Source: a virus
Reading direction: 5' to 3' (one strand)
IMG/VR virus record: IMGVR_UViG_3300045988_141012
DNA length: 64,000 nt
In this document: positions 16,199 to 24,941 of the stretch, one piece after another
Layout: each line of letters opens with the position of its first letter
Position numbering within the stretch: position 1 is the first letter of the stretch
The notes under the pieces: generated by a model
Seen by the model: the letters and a program-made list of their open reading frames with translations, nothing else
What the model was told of the DNA's origin: nothing
Database searches by the model: none
Position numbers and translations under genes: made by a program

Positions 16199-16459
16199 TC
16201 ATTCCCAACTGATTTCATATGCCGTCGAATAAGATGATATATCAAAAATATTATAACCAAGACTTTTTAATTTGTTGACTGTTCCATCACTCAGTTCTCC
16301 TATATACATTATAGAAACTCCACCTCTGGCAACCGTCTCTTTAATTCGTTTTGAAATTTCACTTAGTTCTTGACTGTTATAATTTTTAAGAACTTCTTTC
16401 GTCTTTTGTTGTGCTTCTTGTGCTGACCACAAAATATCTGATGATATTAAATTATCCAT
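16199..16459 (-). CDS. hypothetical protein
   Basis: Track ORF of 86 aa. Confidence 0.5.
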   Translation of the reverse strand: MDNLISSDILWSAQEAQQKTKEVLKNYNSQELSEISKRIKETVARGGVSIMYIGELSDGTVNKLKSLGYNIFDISSYSTAYEISWE

Positions 16460-16480
16460 ATTAATATTCTCCTTCTATTT

Positions 16481-16894
16481 TTATTTTACAAATTCATAAG
16501 TTCCATCTGTATGTGTTTTCAACTTCCACCCTTTACAATCAACCAATATCTGTTTATATCCATATCGCTTAATCCATTTCTTATTTATTCTTTTCTTTTT
16601 GTGTTTACGGGCTTGTTTAAATTTTATAATCTGAAAATTGTATTTATCTGGTGCGTTAGCAACGTCAATTCCTATCAGTGATGTTAAACTTATTGTACCA
16701 ATAGAAATATCTATCGACAAGCTACGTGCAGAAAGGTCGATAAAAGAGCTCAAAGCTTTCCTATCTTTATCAAATGAATAATTTCTCGATTCAACACTAA
16801 ATAAATTGTCTTCCAAATTATCTATGTAACAAAGTTCTTCTCCTGTTTCTGAATTAATCAAACTAAGAATAAGATTTTCTTCTTTTATTGGCAT
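16481..16894 (-). CDS. hypothetical protein
   Basis: Track ORF 16481..16957. Start moved to ATG 16894 (SD GAGGTG 6 nt upstream), which removes the overlap with the upstream gene. Confidence 0.5.
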   Translation of the reverse strand: MPIKEENLILSLINSETGEELCYIDNLEDNLFSVESRNYSFDKDRKALSSFIDLSARSLSIDISIGTISLTSLIGIDVANAPDKYNFQIIKFKQARKHKKKRINKKWIKRYGYKQILVDCKGWKLKTHTDGTYEFVK

Positions 16895-16907
16895 TTGTTC
16901 ACCTCTT

Positions 16908-17321
16908 TTATCTTTCTTTGACAAGTTCTCGTTTGAAGTAATCATGTAATCCCACATCAGTTAAAATTTCTTCTTTATCATCAGAGTTGTGTACTTTATG
17001 ATGAGGATATTTATAGCAAGCAAGTTGATAAGCAAGAGCATCAATTACTTCAAGGAGATGATCTGCGTCAGTTGGTTCGTCCAAATCTACAACTTCAACC
17101 TTTGCTCCTTTGATATCTATACTGAAATCATTCACATAAAAAGTTTCACAATTTTTTATTTTATCAAAATTTTTATCTATCTCTCCATATGTCTCTTGAC
17201 TATTTATTTGACTTATGACCAATTGTCTTGCATATACATCAGAAAAGACTGCTCCTTCTGACTTTTCAGACATCATTATAGGCATCGTTATCTTTGATAT
17301 ATGATTAATACTTTTCTTCAA
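16908..17321 (-). CDS. hypothetical protein
   Basis: Track ORF of 137 aa. Confidence 0.5.
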   Translation of the reverse strand: MKKSINHISKITMPIMMSEKSEGAVFSDVYARQLVISQINSQETYGEIDKNFDKIKNCETFYVNDFSIDIKGAKVEVVDLDEPTDADHLLEVIDALAYQLACYKYPHHKVHNSDDKEEILTDVGLHDYFKRELVKER

Positions 17322-17355
17322 AGCAAAACCTCCTTTGTGAATATTCTTCTCACAT

Positions 17356-17673
17356 TTATTCGTTTACATATTCATAATATCCCTTATCAAAACACATAAA
17401 ATCAATAATGACATCTTGTATATTAGCTGTGTCACATTCCATATATTCTCCGTATAGATATTCCAATGTGTTGTCTTTTTGAAGTAGGTCATTATAATAA
17501 TCATTCCATTCTTCATCATCACAACCGTCAAAAAAATCAATGATCTCGTCCTTAATGCAATATTCATATGCATAAGCTGATAATAATTCACGTTTTGGTA
17601 AGTCGGAGTCAGTGACCAAATCACTAACCCAACTCTCCATTTCTTTATATAATTTCTCCCTTAATTTATCCAT
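17356..17673 (-). CDS. highly acidic small protein (DNA-mimic/anti-restriction candidate)
   Basis: 105 aa with about 29 Asp/Glu against about 9 Lys/Arg. 13-nt overlap with the downstream adenine methyltransferase gene. Confidence 0.5.
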   Translation of the reverse strand: MDKLREKLYKEMESWVSDLVTDSDLPKRELLSAYAYEYCIKDEIIDFFDGCDDEEWNDYYNDLLQKDNTLEYLYGEYMECDTANIQDVIIDFMCFDKGYYEYVNE

Positions 17674-18290
17674 TTCAATTCACTCTTTCCTTTATATCCT
17701 TTCTCAAACTCAAACCACGCATAAGCCACCGCACTACCACCACCGGCTTTCATCTCATCAAACATTGCGTTCTTTGCACAAAGAATTCGGCTGCTTGATA
17801 CATAGACACATTTAGGCGGATATTTTTCAAATAATTTTCGACGAGTCTTACCTTCAAGAAACTGTACTTTTAAAAACATAAATACTCTACGACCTTTAGG
17901 AATTATCTCCATTGCATGTTCAATAAACTCTTTTGCATATTTATATGGCGGATTAGTTAGAACATCTCCCTCCCAAACACCATCATATGTAAGAAAATCA
18001 ATTCCACCTTTGCCATAACCTCTATAAACTAAATCGGTGGAATACACATCGTAACCATAATCTTTTAATCTATCAGATAAATCCCCTCGTCCACAAGCAC
18101 ACTCCCAAATAGGCTTATCAAATGTCACTTTGCCATCTCTGATAAGAACATCTATTGCGATAGGGTCAGTGGCATAATAGTCTTCATTTTGCCTTTCTTT
18201 ATCTGTATGGTTGCTTGCACCAAGTGTTTTAAACACACTGTTTTTGTTGCCTGTCCAATCTTTTTCTATTTTATTCTTCAATTTGTTCAC
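17661..18290 (-). CDS. N6-adenine DNA methyltransferase (orphan)
   Basis: SAM motif I-like WECACGRGDLS and catalytic motif IV LTNPPY. No adjacent endonuclease. Confidence 0.7.
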   Translation of the reverse strand: MNKLKNKIEKDWTGNKNSVFKTLGASNHTDKERQNEDYYATDPIAIDVLIRDGKVTFDKPIWECACGRGDLSDRLKDYGYDVYSTDLVYRGYGKGGIDFLTYDGVWEGDVLTNPPYKYAKEFIEHAMEIIPKGRRVFMFLKVQFLEGKTRRKLFEKYPPKCVYVSSSRILCAKNAMFDEMKAGGGSAVAYAWFEFEKGYKGKSELKWIN

Positions 18291-18495
18291 CTATAATTAG
18301 TATCTACGTAGATTTACTCACTGTGAACGTTTTATCCTTTCGTATATTTTTTGTAATTACATTTATATAATTCTCTTTATTTTCCGGAAAGTTTGAGCAG
18401 ATTTGCTCATTGAATTAAAAACAATTTATTAGATGAAAAACATAATTCGTTAGTTGTTTTCATCTCTACATTTTTCAAATTTTCTAATAATTATT

Positions 18496-19206
18496 TCAAC
18501 TTTCACATTCATCTTCTAAATTCATTTCAAGTTTATATCCCATTGCTACACGTTGACAACTCATTAAATATTCGTCTGCTGTTAAACTTGGAACAATTCT
18601 ACAGCCACCTTTTCTGCCGATTTTAATATCAAATGGAATAAGCTTGGTTTTATTATTTTTATTTATTGTACTAATTCTAATGGAGTCTAAAATAATATTT
18701 TTATATGTACTATAATCTATATCATAAAAGTCTCCCGTAAATCTTGTAAGACTTGGAACTATAACAACTTCTTGTTTTTCATCTACTATTTCACTTTTGG
18801 GGTCGTCAAATCCTAAAATACCTTTATCGAGTAGCATATTCAAATATTTAATTGTGTTGATTTGTACATATAAATCGCGTTTTTGTTCAATATCCTTAAT
18901 TTTATAAAATTCGTTGAATATATAATCTTTACAGCCAAAATATGTTGTAAACCCACAAATAATTTTATTACTTTTCTCATTAAAAGCTATTCGGAATTGA
19001 GAATAATCATCATATTTATCATTATCAAAATTACAACCTTCAAAATGTTCCCACCATACACCATCCTTCAAAACTATCTTATGACGTAAATACTTTTTCA
19101 GTTCTTCCCAATTCAATATCTTTAATTTTTCGATGTTCGATGGGGTTAAGTTGTATTTGTTTGGATATTTCTTTATTAAATTAAAATCTATGTAGAAATT
19201 TGCCAT
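18496..19206 (-). CDS. hypothetical protein
   Basis: Track ORF of 236 aa. Confidence 0.55.
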   Translation of the reverse strand: MANFYIDFNLIKKYPNKYNLTPSNIEKLKILNWEELKKYLRHKIVLKDGVWWEHFEGCNFDNDKYDDYSQFRIAFNEKSNKIICGFTTYFGCKDYIFNEFYKIKDIEQKRDLYVQINTIKYLNMLLDKGILGFDDPKSEIVDEKQEVVIVPSLTRFTGDFYDIDYSTYKNIILDSIRISTINKNNKTKLIPFDIKIGRKGGCRIVPSLTADEYLMSCQRVAMGYKLEMNLEDECES

Positions 19207-19221
19207 ATCTTTCTCTCCTTA

Positions 19222-19461
19222 TTAATAATCATCTTCTTCATCGGATCTTTCTGGTTCTTCCAACTCCATTCCCAATATTGTTCCGATGTCATAAGCAGCC
19301 CATGCAGTTGCACAATCATATCCGTCATTAAAGACATCTGGGAAATTTCCTTCTGAGCGTTCCCATGTCCAACCAGTAGCATATTGTTTATAGTTTGCTT
19401 TTACCCAATCCTTCAAATTTGTTTCTATATTTTTATCCATAATTTTATCTCTCCTCTTCAA
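19222..19461 (-). CDS. hypothetical protein
   Basis: Track ORF of 79 aa. Confidence 0.5.
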   Translation of the reverse strand: MKRRDKIMDKNIETNLKDWVKANYKQYATGWTWERSEGNFPDVFNDGYDCATAWAAYDIGTILGMELEEPERSDEEDDY

Positions 19462-19756
19462 ATTTTCCTATTTTACATTCAGGCACATCACAAAAATGTT
19501 CTGCAAATACATTGTTGTCACTATATATGAATTTATTATCTTGAAATGGGCATCTATAATCAACGCAATCAATCTGACCGCTTTCAAATACCTCTACAAT
19601 TGCATGCTTACAATTAATACAAGTCTTAGCTTTCATAAAATGTTTACAATTATCCAAATCATTATAATCCGGGACTTCTTGTTCAGTAATTGCACAACAA
19701 CATTTCCCGTCATAAGAAGAATACATATTCTTACAGTTATTGCTCATGCAATTCAT
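19445..19756 (-). CDS. hypothetical Cys-rich protein
   Basis: Track ORF 19445..19780. Start moved to ATG 19756 (AGGAGG 6 nt upstream). 15 Cys in about 103 aa. Confidence 0.5.
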   Translation of the reverse strand: MNCMSNNCKNMYSSYDGKCCCAITEQEVPDYNDLDNCKHFMKAKTCINCKHAIVEVFESGQIDCVDYRCPFQDNKFIYSDNNVFAEHFCDVPECKIGKFEEER

Positions 19757-19796
19757 GATTTTCCTCCTCTTGAAACTCACATTTCATAATATACTT

Positions 19797-20057
19797 TTAA
19801 CTGATAGAAACATAACCACAACTGTTCGGTGCAATCAAATTCAAATCAATAATCATTTTCCCGTCAACATACTCTTTGTTGATTTCAATATTTTTGATTA
19901 TAATTGCATCTTCTGTTATTTCGGTTATTTCACCTATGTAGTGGTTATGACAATTTGATTTTTCATTATATATCATAAATGCAATATCCTGCCCGACAGA
20001 AAATTTCAAATTATTATCTGCATTTAAAGTCTTTGTAGTTTTAATACTATATTTCAT
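19797..20057 (-). CDS. hypothetical protein
   Basis: Track ORF of 86 aa. Confidence 0.5.
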   Translation of the reverse strand: MKYSIKTTKTLNADNNLKFSVGQDIAFMIYNEKSNCHNHYIGEITEITEDAIIIKNIEINKEYVDGKMIIDLNLIAPNSCGYVSIS

Positions 20058-20093
20058 ATGTTACACTACCTTCCTAATAAAGTGTCCTAATCC

Positions 20094-20573
20094 TTATCCA
20101 AATGTAATCACTCCGTCGGGATATTTTTCAAAGAATTCTGAAACCTTGTCAAGTTGTTCTTTGGTTAATTTAAAATAATCCTTACGCATCCAACGTCTTA
20201 GATTCCTACGGTTTGTAATTACTTTTCTTGGATAATGTTTAACTCTAAAAATATCTTCATATTCTGGGATATCGACAAACAATCCGCTACGACCTCGTAT
20301 CTCATAAATATAAGCAGAACCATTTAATAATTTTGGATTTCCTGTACCGTAACCAAGTTGCCACCAATACTTTCCATATACACATGGAACATTTTTAATA
20401 AACGATTTCATCAATTGTTTATATAAAAATTCATTGTTTAATCCCAATTCAATATTTTCTTCCGAAGAGCCAGTCAAGTCAAATATTTCTATTGGAGCAT
20501 ATTCTTTCATTAACTGAAATTCTTTATCTGTTATAGGTCTACTGAATGATGTATGACATCCCATTATTTTCAC
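20094..20573 (-). CDS. hypothetical protein
   Basis: Track ORF of 159 aa. Confidence 0.55.
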   Translation of the reverse strand: MKIMGCHTSFSRPITDKEFQLMKEYAPIEIFDLTGSSEENIELGLNNEFLYKQLMKSFIKNVPCVYGKYWWQLGYGTGNPKLLNGSAYIYEIRGRSGLFVDIPEYEDIFRVKHYPRKVITNRRNLRRWMRKDYFKLTKEQLDKVSEFFEKYPDGVITFG

Positions 20574-20609
20574 TCTCCTCTAATCCCTATGAAAGTTTTA
20601 TTTGCAATC

Positions 20610-20846
20610 TTATTCGTCATCTTGCTCCATTGGATAAATATTGCCGTCTTCCGTAACATAATACATTTTAAAGTAAACACCACAATCTTTATCAACAGAG
20701 GTAAGAATTATCTTTACCGGTTTTTCGCCCTCAAAGTCATCAGAAACTTTCACACCCACTTGATTAAGGCTTAAAGTTGTAACCGATACATTATTCGGAT
20801 TTTCACATGCCACTGGCAGAACAACTTTGTTTTTATTTTTCTTCAT
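20610..20846 (-). CDS. hypothetical protein
   Basis: Track ORF of 78 aa. Confidence 0.5.
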   Translation of the reverse strand: MKKNKNKVVLPVACENPNNVSVTTLSLNQVGVKVSDDFEGEKPVKIILTSVDKDCGVYFKMYYVTEDGNIYPMEQDDE

Positions 20847-20848
20847 AT

Positions 20849-21172
20849 TTAATATTCTCCTAACACTAACTCAATATTGTTAATAAAATTTTCATTGCCT
20901 GTCTCTTTCGTCCAACAAACATTTGTACCTCGATATTTCACTTTTCCGTCAGACGGAAGAATACCTATATTAATAAGAAGCTTTTTGATTACTTTTGCTT
21001 GGTCATCAATGTTTTTGATACAACCTTGTCCATGAATATACGAATTTTTAGGAAGAGAAATGTAAATAGTATTTTCACCCACATTCACTCTCTCAACACA
21101 TATTCCATGTTTTAAAAATGTTCCTAATAATGCTCTAAATGTTATTTCATATGCCATAAGCACCTCCGTCAT
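20849..21172 (-). CDS. hypothetical protein
   Basis: Track ORF of 107 aa. Confidence 0.5.
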   Translation of the reverse strand: MTEVLMAYEITFRALLGTFLKHGICVERVNVGENTIYISLPKNSYIHGQGCIKNIDDQAKVIKKLLINIGILPSDGKVKYRGTNVCWTKETGNENFINNIELVLGEY

Positions 21173-21309
21173 GTTTTACTCATTTTTAACCACTATATAT
21201 TGTATTTACATTTTAAATATCATCTATATATAGCATTAAAATCTCTTTGAAATCTCAGTTTCAACCATTAGTCATTTCTTTGGTTTTTAAATTCTTCAAA
21301 TTTGTCTTG

Positions 21310-21576
21310 TTACCAGTCCATAAACTCGTCTTTTGACATTCTTATCATTTGAAATATTATGATAACGCCCGATATGTTTAAAATAGGAACAAACATTAGT
21401 AGGATAAGAGAAATAAATGATCGAATAAACCTAAGATAATATCGAATATTTTTCTTACCTTTAATATCTTCCACATACCCATTTCGTTCCAAAACATTTT
21501 TCGAAAACATCATAACTCCAAAAAATGTAATCATGCACAATATTGAAAATGCAAAATGCAACTTTAATAACCACAT
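21310..21576 (-). CDS. hypothetical membrane protein
   Basis: 88 aa with two predicted TM helices (FAFSILCMITFFGVMMF; FISLILLMFVPILNISGVIIIF). Confidence 0.5.
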   Translation of the reverse strand: MWLLKLHFAFSILCMITFFGVMMFSKNVLERNGYVEDIKGKKNIRYYLRFIRSFISLILLMFVPILNISGVIIIFQMIRMSKDEFMDW

Positions 21577-21637
21577 ATACTTATTCTCCTTCCTACCAAT
21601 CGCAATGCAATTTTCTATTGGCCTATTACAAATTTCT

Positions 21638-21862
21638 TCATTCCAAGTCCTCCATATTATAATTTTTTCTTATATATTCACACAAATCTTCCATTGTTCT
21701 TTTAATATACCAATCATTCTTGAATAACTTATTAACTCGACAAGTACAAGAATATTTTGATCCATATTTTTTGAAGAATTTTAGATTAACACTAATACTC
21801 AACAACGGCACTTTAGTGAATCCATCCGTTAGCCACTTCTTAAACCACTCCATGATTACCAC
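21638..21862 (-). CDS. hypothetical protein
   Basis: Track ORF of 74 aa, abutting the HD-domain gene stop. Confidence 0.5.
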   Translation of the reverse strand: MVIMEWFKKWLTDGFTKVPLLSISVNLKFFKKYGSKYSCTCRVNKLFKNDWYIKRTMEDLCEYIRKNYNMEDLE

Positions 21863-22603
21863 CTATATTTTTGTCAAAAGAGTTCTAAGTGGTTCTCTTG
21901 TTATATTCTCTTTCGCCCACGAGATATAACTTGGATCAGTATGAACAACATCTGTCAATTTTTCACCGCTATGTTTGCCAAAGGTCAATATGTATGTATC
22001 AAGCGATGGTGTTGTATTGGATGTCTCATATCCATTAAACAGAACTTCAATATCTTTTCTACTCGCCAAATAGTCTGCCAAATGAAGAATTTTTTGAAAT
22101 TTATTCGTTGGTAAAGGCAAGACAGTTGAACTTCTTTTATCTGTATTCCATTCGCCCATATGACTTTCGATGGTTGTAGCAATCATTTCAACTTCATCGT
22201 CTGCCAACTCATGACCTCTTAAATTTCGAATAACATCTCCTGCAAGTAATGGATGATTAAATTTTGTGTATTTATTCTTCTGAAAATCTTCATTACTTCC
22301 ACTCTTTCGTGAATCGTGCATCATTCCGGCTACTCTCATTAAATCTTTCTCTCTTTGTGTAAAATTCTCGCCGAAACATTTAACTGCAAAGATGTGATTT
22401 AAGAATCTGACCAATGCACATGTATGTCTTGCCAATCCTAAATCTCCAAGAGCATATTGAGGATGGTATCTTCCCGTACTTGATGCTCCTACATCCCAGA
22501 AATAATCTGGGATTGTTTGGATACATCTTTCTGCGAACTTTCTAATGTCTTCTGACTCAATCGTATCTAAAATTGAATTAAATATACTTGACTTACTATT
22601 CAT
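21863..22603 (-). CDS. HD-domain phosphohydrolase
   Basis: H...HD signature (GRYHPQYA...ARHTCA...AGMMHDSRKSG). The C-terminal FGKHSGEKLTDV...DPSYISW resembles the small FGK..G..l......Y..W module seen at the ends of some exonucleases. Confidence 0.7.
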   Translation of the reverse strand: MNSKSSIFNSILDTIESEDIRKFAERCIQTIPDYFWDVGASSTGRYHPQYALGDLGLARHTCALVRFLNHIFAVKCFGENFTQREKDLMRVAGMMHDSRKSGSNEDFQKNKYTKFNHPLLAGDVIRNLRGHELADDEVEMIATTIESHMGEWNTDKRSSTVLPLPTNKFQKILHLADYLASRKDIEVLFNGYETSNTTPSLDTYILTFGKHSGEKLTDVVHTDPSYISWAKENITREPLRTLLTKI

Positions 22604-24941
22604 TTGTTTGAACTGTTTCCTTTCTTATTTTGTTGTTTTCAGCATTTGTCAATGATTCGCCAATCTTTTTGCATATATCTTTCAGCAATTTTTGCATAAA
22701 TGTATTCCTAGCAAAATTCGCCTTCTTCTTAACAGCCAAATTCACCGTATCTACATTACCTAAATGGAAACATTTTTCTTTCATTCTTGTCAATCCAACA
22801 TATATTAGATTCGAATTGAGCATAAATGTATGAGCTTGAGGAGTAAGTAAGATTACAACTTTAATAGAACTGCCTTGTGATTTATGAATTGTGATACAAT
22901 ATCCAAGCCCAACCATTTGCATATCATTTCTAAAATATTTAACTATTACGCCGTCAAAATCAATCAACAAATATTCTTTTTTGATTGCTATAACAACTCC
23001 CGTCTCACCATTTGCAATAAAAGTTTCGTCCATATCTTCATCTAAGCAGAATTCATCATCTACATATAATTGTGCGTGATAATTATTGACATTTTGAATT
23101 ACAAGATCACCTTTATAATAAACCGTATCTCCAATTTTCATATATTCATCGCAGCCATAATTCTTATTGGCAACTTTCTGAATGGCATTATTAATCGAGA
23201 TTGACCCAATGTCACCTTTTTTGTATGCAGTTAATACTTGAATTTCTTCTGCTTTGTAACCTTGAGAAAGTAACTTGCTATATAATGCAACTGCATTTTT
23301 GACCATAATATCACTACCAATGTTCACAAATGCATAATCTTTATTGTCGCCAAACCATGTAAATCGTTCACATACATTATTAAGATACGGTTTACAAAAA
23401 CGGACATCTGTTGCTACTTTCATTAACCCGCCTTCGCCATAACGAAACACCTTTGTTAATGTAACAGTTGGAATAATATGTGATTCCATAAAATCATGTA
23501 ATAAGTTTCCACATGATACTGATGGTAATTGGGCATTGTCTCCAATCAATAATAATTTTGTTCTACTAAAATCAATTGCATCTAATATTCTTTTAAACAA
23601 GAAAATATCTGTCATAGAAAACTCATCAATAATAAGTACATCACAATCAAGTTTATGTTCTTCATTATAACTCCAAGTGTTAGGTGGCATATACCCCAAA
23701 CCTCTATGTATTGTTGTGGCATTTTCTTGCGTGTAATCTGACAGCACTTTTGCAGCTTTGCCAGTTGGTGAAAATAATTTAAATGATTTATTATTGTCTT
23801 TAAGCATATTAATGACTGCTTGTGTACAAAATGATTTTCCTGTACCGCCTGCACCATTAAGAATGCATATGTTATATCTACAAATATTTTTTACAATCTC
23901 TAATTGTTCATCTGACAATTCACAACCATTTACAATATAATATTTTGCACAATCAAAGTCCCATTGATGATGTAGATTAATCAATCCTAACATTATATTC
24001 TCTGCTATATATTTTTCTATTTCATATGTAGACTTCAATGATACAGCCATGGAATCTTTATTGTAATAAATACTTTCATGTTTCATACATTCAACAAAAT
24101 GATTAGAGCATGCCGGAACCATTTTCATACATTGATTTCTTAAATCATTAATTGACATCAATGTATGTCCTTCTTCTTCATTTTTTTCTAAAAGATACAA
24201 CATACACGACAAACATCTATGCTTGCTGGTTTTTAAATCTGTATCAAATTCAATAATAATATCTTTATTATTTTTTTTATTCTCTTTTGATATTTTTTCA
24301 AGTTCTAATAGAATTCCGTCGGCAGTTGTAAACCCAACCTTTGCCAATCCACACAAACATTTATATGGGTCTTCACGAAGTTTTTTCTTTATCATATTAA
24401 CAGAAGTATATTTCTCATATAATTTCTTTAACATGGAAAGACTTAATAAGCCTTGAAACTCAATTACTAACTCAGCCAAGCAAAAATTCTCAATAATTTT
24501 TTCTTTAATAATATTGAATGTGTACTCTTTAATACCAGGCAATTTATTTAAGTCTATATCTTCAAGGCGGTCGTTCATTACCCTGTCAACAATATCAGGG
24601 TAAATTTCATATAATGTGTTTGTCTGTTTCAAAGTGAGTATCTCCTCTAAAAATATATACATATCTGAAGCTGATTTTGGCTTGTCTCTTCTTATATTAA
24701 GAACTTTATAACTATATCCATATTTTGTATTCTGTTCGATTGCTTTGATTTCATATTCTATACCAATTCCTAATTCATGCATTTCTCCTGTTATTGTTGC
24801 GTTTCCGTACTTTGTAAATTTAATTTCTGGGTAAATTTCTTTATCAACATCTAGTGCATAAATTTTATAGTCGCCACCATCATAGGTTTGTCTTATAACT
24901 CTTCCTTTGAAAATAATTTCCTTGTCTTCTTTTTCTTTCAA
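22596..24941 (-). CDS. RecD-like SF1 DNA helicase
   Basis: Walker A NGAGGTGKSF, Walker B VLIIDEFSM, motif III LLIGDNAQLPSV and motif VI TIHKSQGSS. TTG start overlaps the dnaE stop. Confidence 0.85.
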   Translation of the reverse strand: MKEKEDKEIIFKGRVIRQTYDGGDYKIYALDVDKEIYPEIKFTKYGNATITGEMHELGIGIEYEIKAIEQNTKYGYSYKVLNIRRDKPKSASDMYIFLEEILTLKQTNTLYEIYPDIVDRVMNDRLEDIDLNKLPGIKEYTFNIIKEKIIENFCLAELVIEFQGLLSLSMLKKLYEKYTSVNMIKKKLREDPYKCLCGLAKVGFTTADGILLELEKISKENKKNNKDIIIEFDTDLKTSKHRCLSCMLYLLEKNEEEGHTLMSINDLRNQCMKMVPACSNHFVECMKHESIYYNKDSMAVSLKSTYEIEKYIAENIMLGLINLHHQWDFDCAKYYIVNGCELSDEQLEIVKNICRYNICILNGAGGTGKSFCTQAVINMLKDNNKSFKLFSPTGKAAKVLSDYTQENATTIHRGLGYMPPNTWSYNEEHKLDCDVLIIDEFSMTDIFLFKRILDAIDFSRTKLLLIGDNAQLPSVSCGNLLHDFMESHIIPTVTLTKVFRYGEGGLMKVATDVRFCKPYLNNVCERFTWFGDNKDYAFVNIGSDIMVKNAVALYSKLLSQGYKAEEIQVLTAYKKGDIGSISINNAIQKVANKNYGCDEYMKIGDTVYYKGDLVIQNVNNYHAQLYVDDEFCLDEDMDETFIANGETGVVIAIKKEYLLIDFDGVIVKYFRNDMQMVGLGYCITIHKSQGSSIKVVILLTPQAHTFMLNSNLIYVGLTRMKEKCFHLGNVDTVNLAVKKKANFARNTFMQKLLKDICKKIGESLTNAENNKIRKETVQTNE

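Noticed and set aside
18431-18465. Hairpin GATGAAAAACA...TTGTTTTCATC in the 18.3-18.5 kb gap, considered as a terminator for the minus-strand block.
   Set aside because: The stem is AT-rich with a mismatch, and no clear T-tract follows it in the minus-strand direction. The support is too weak to annotate.
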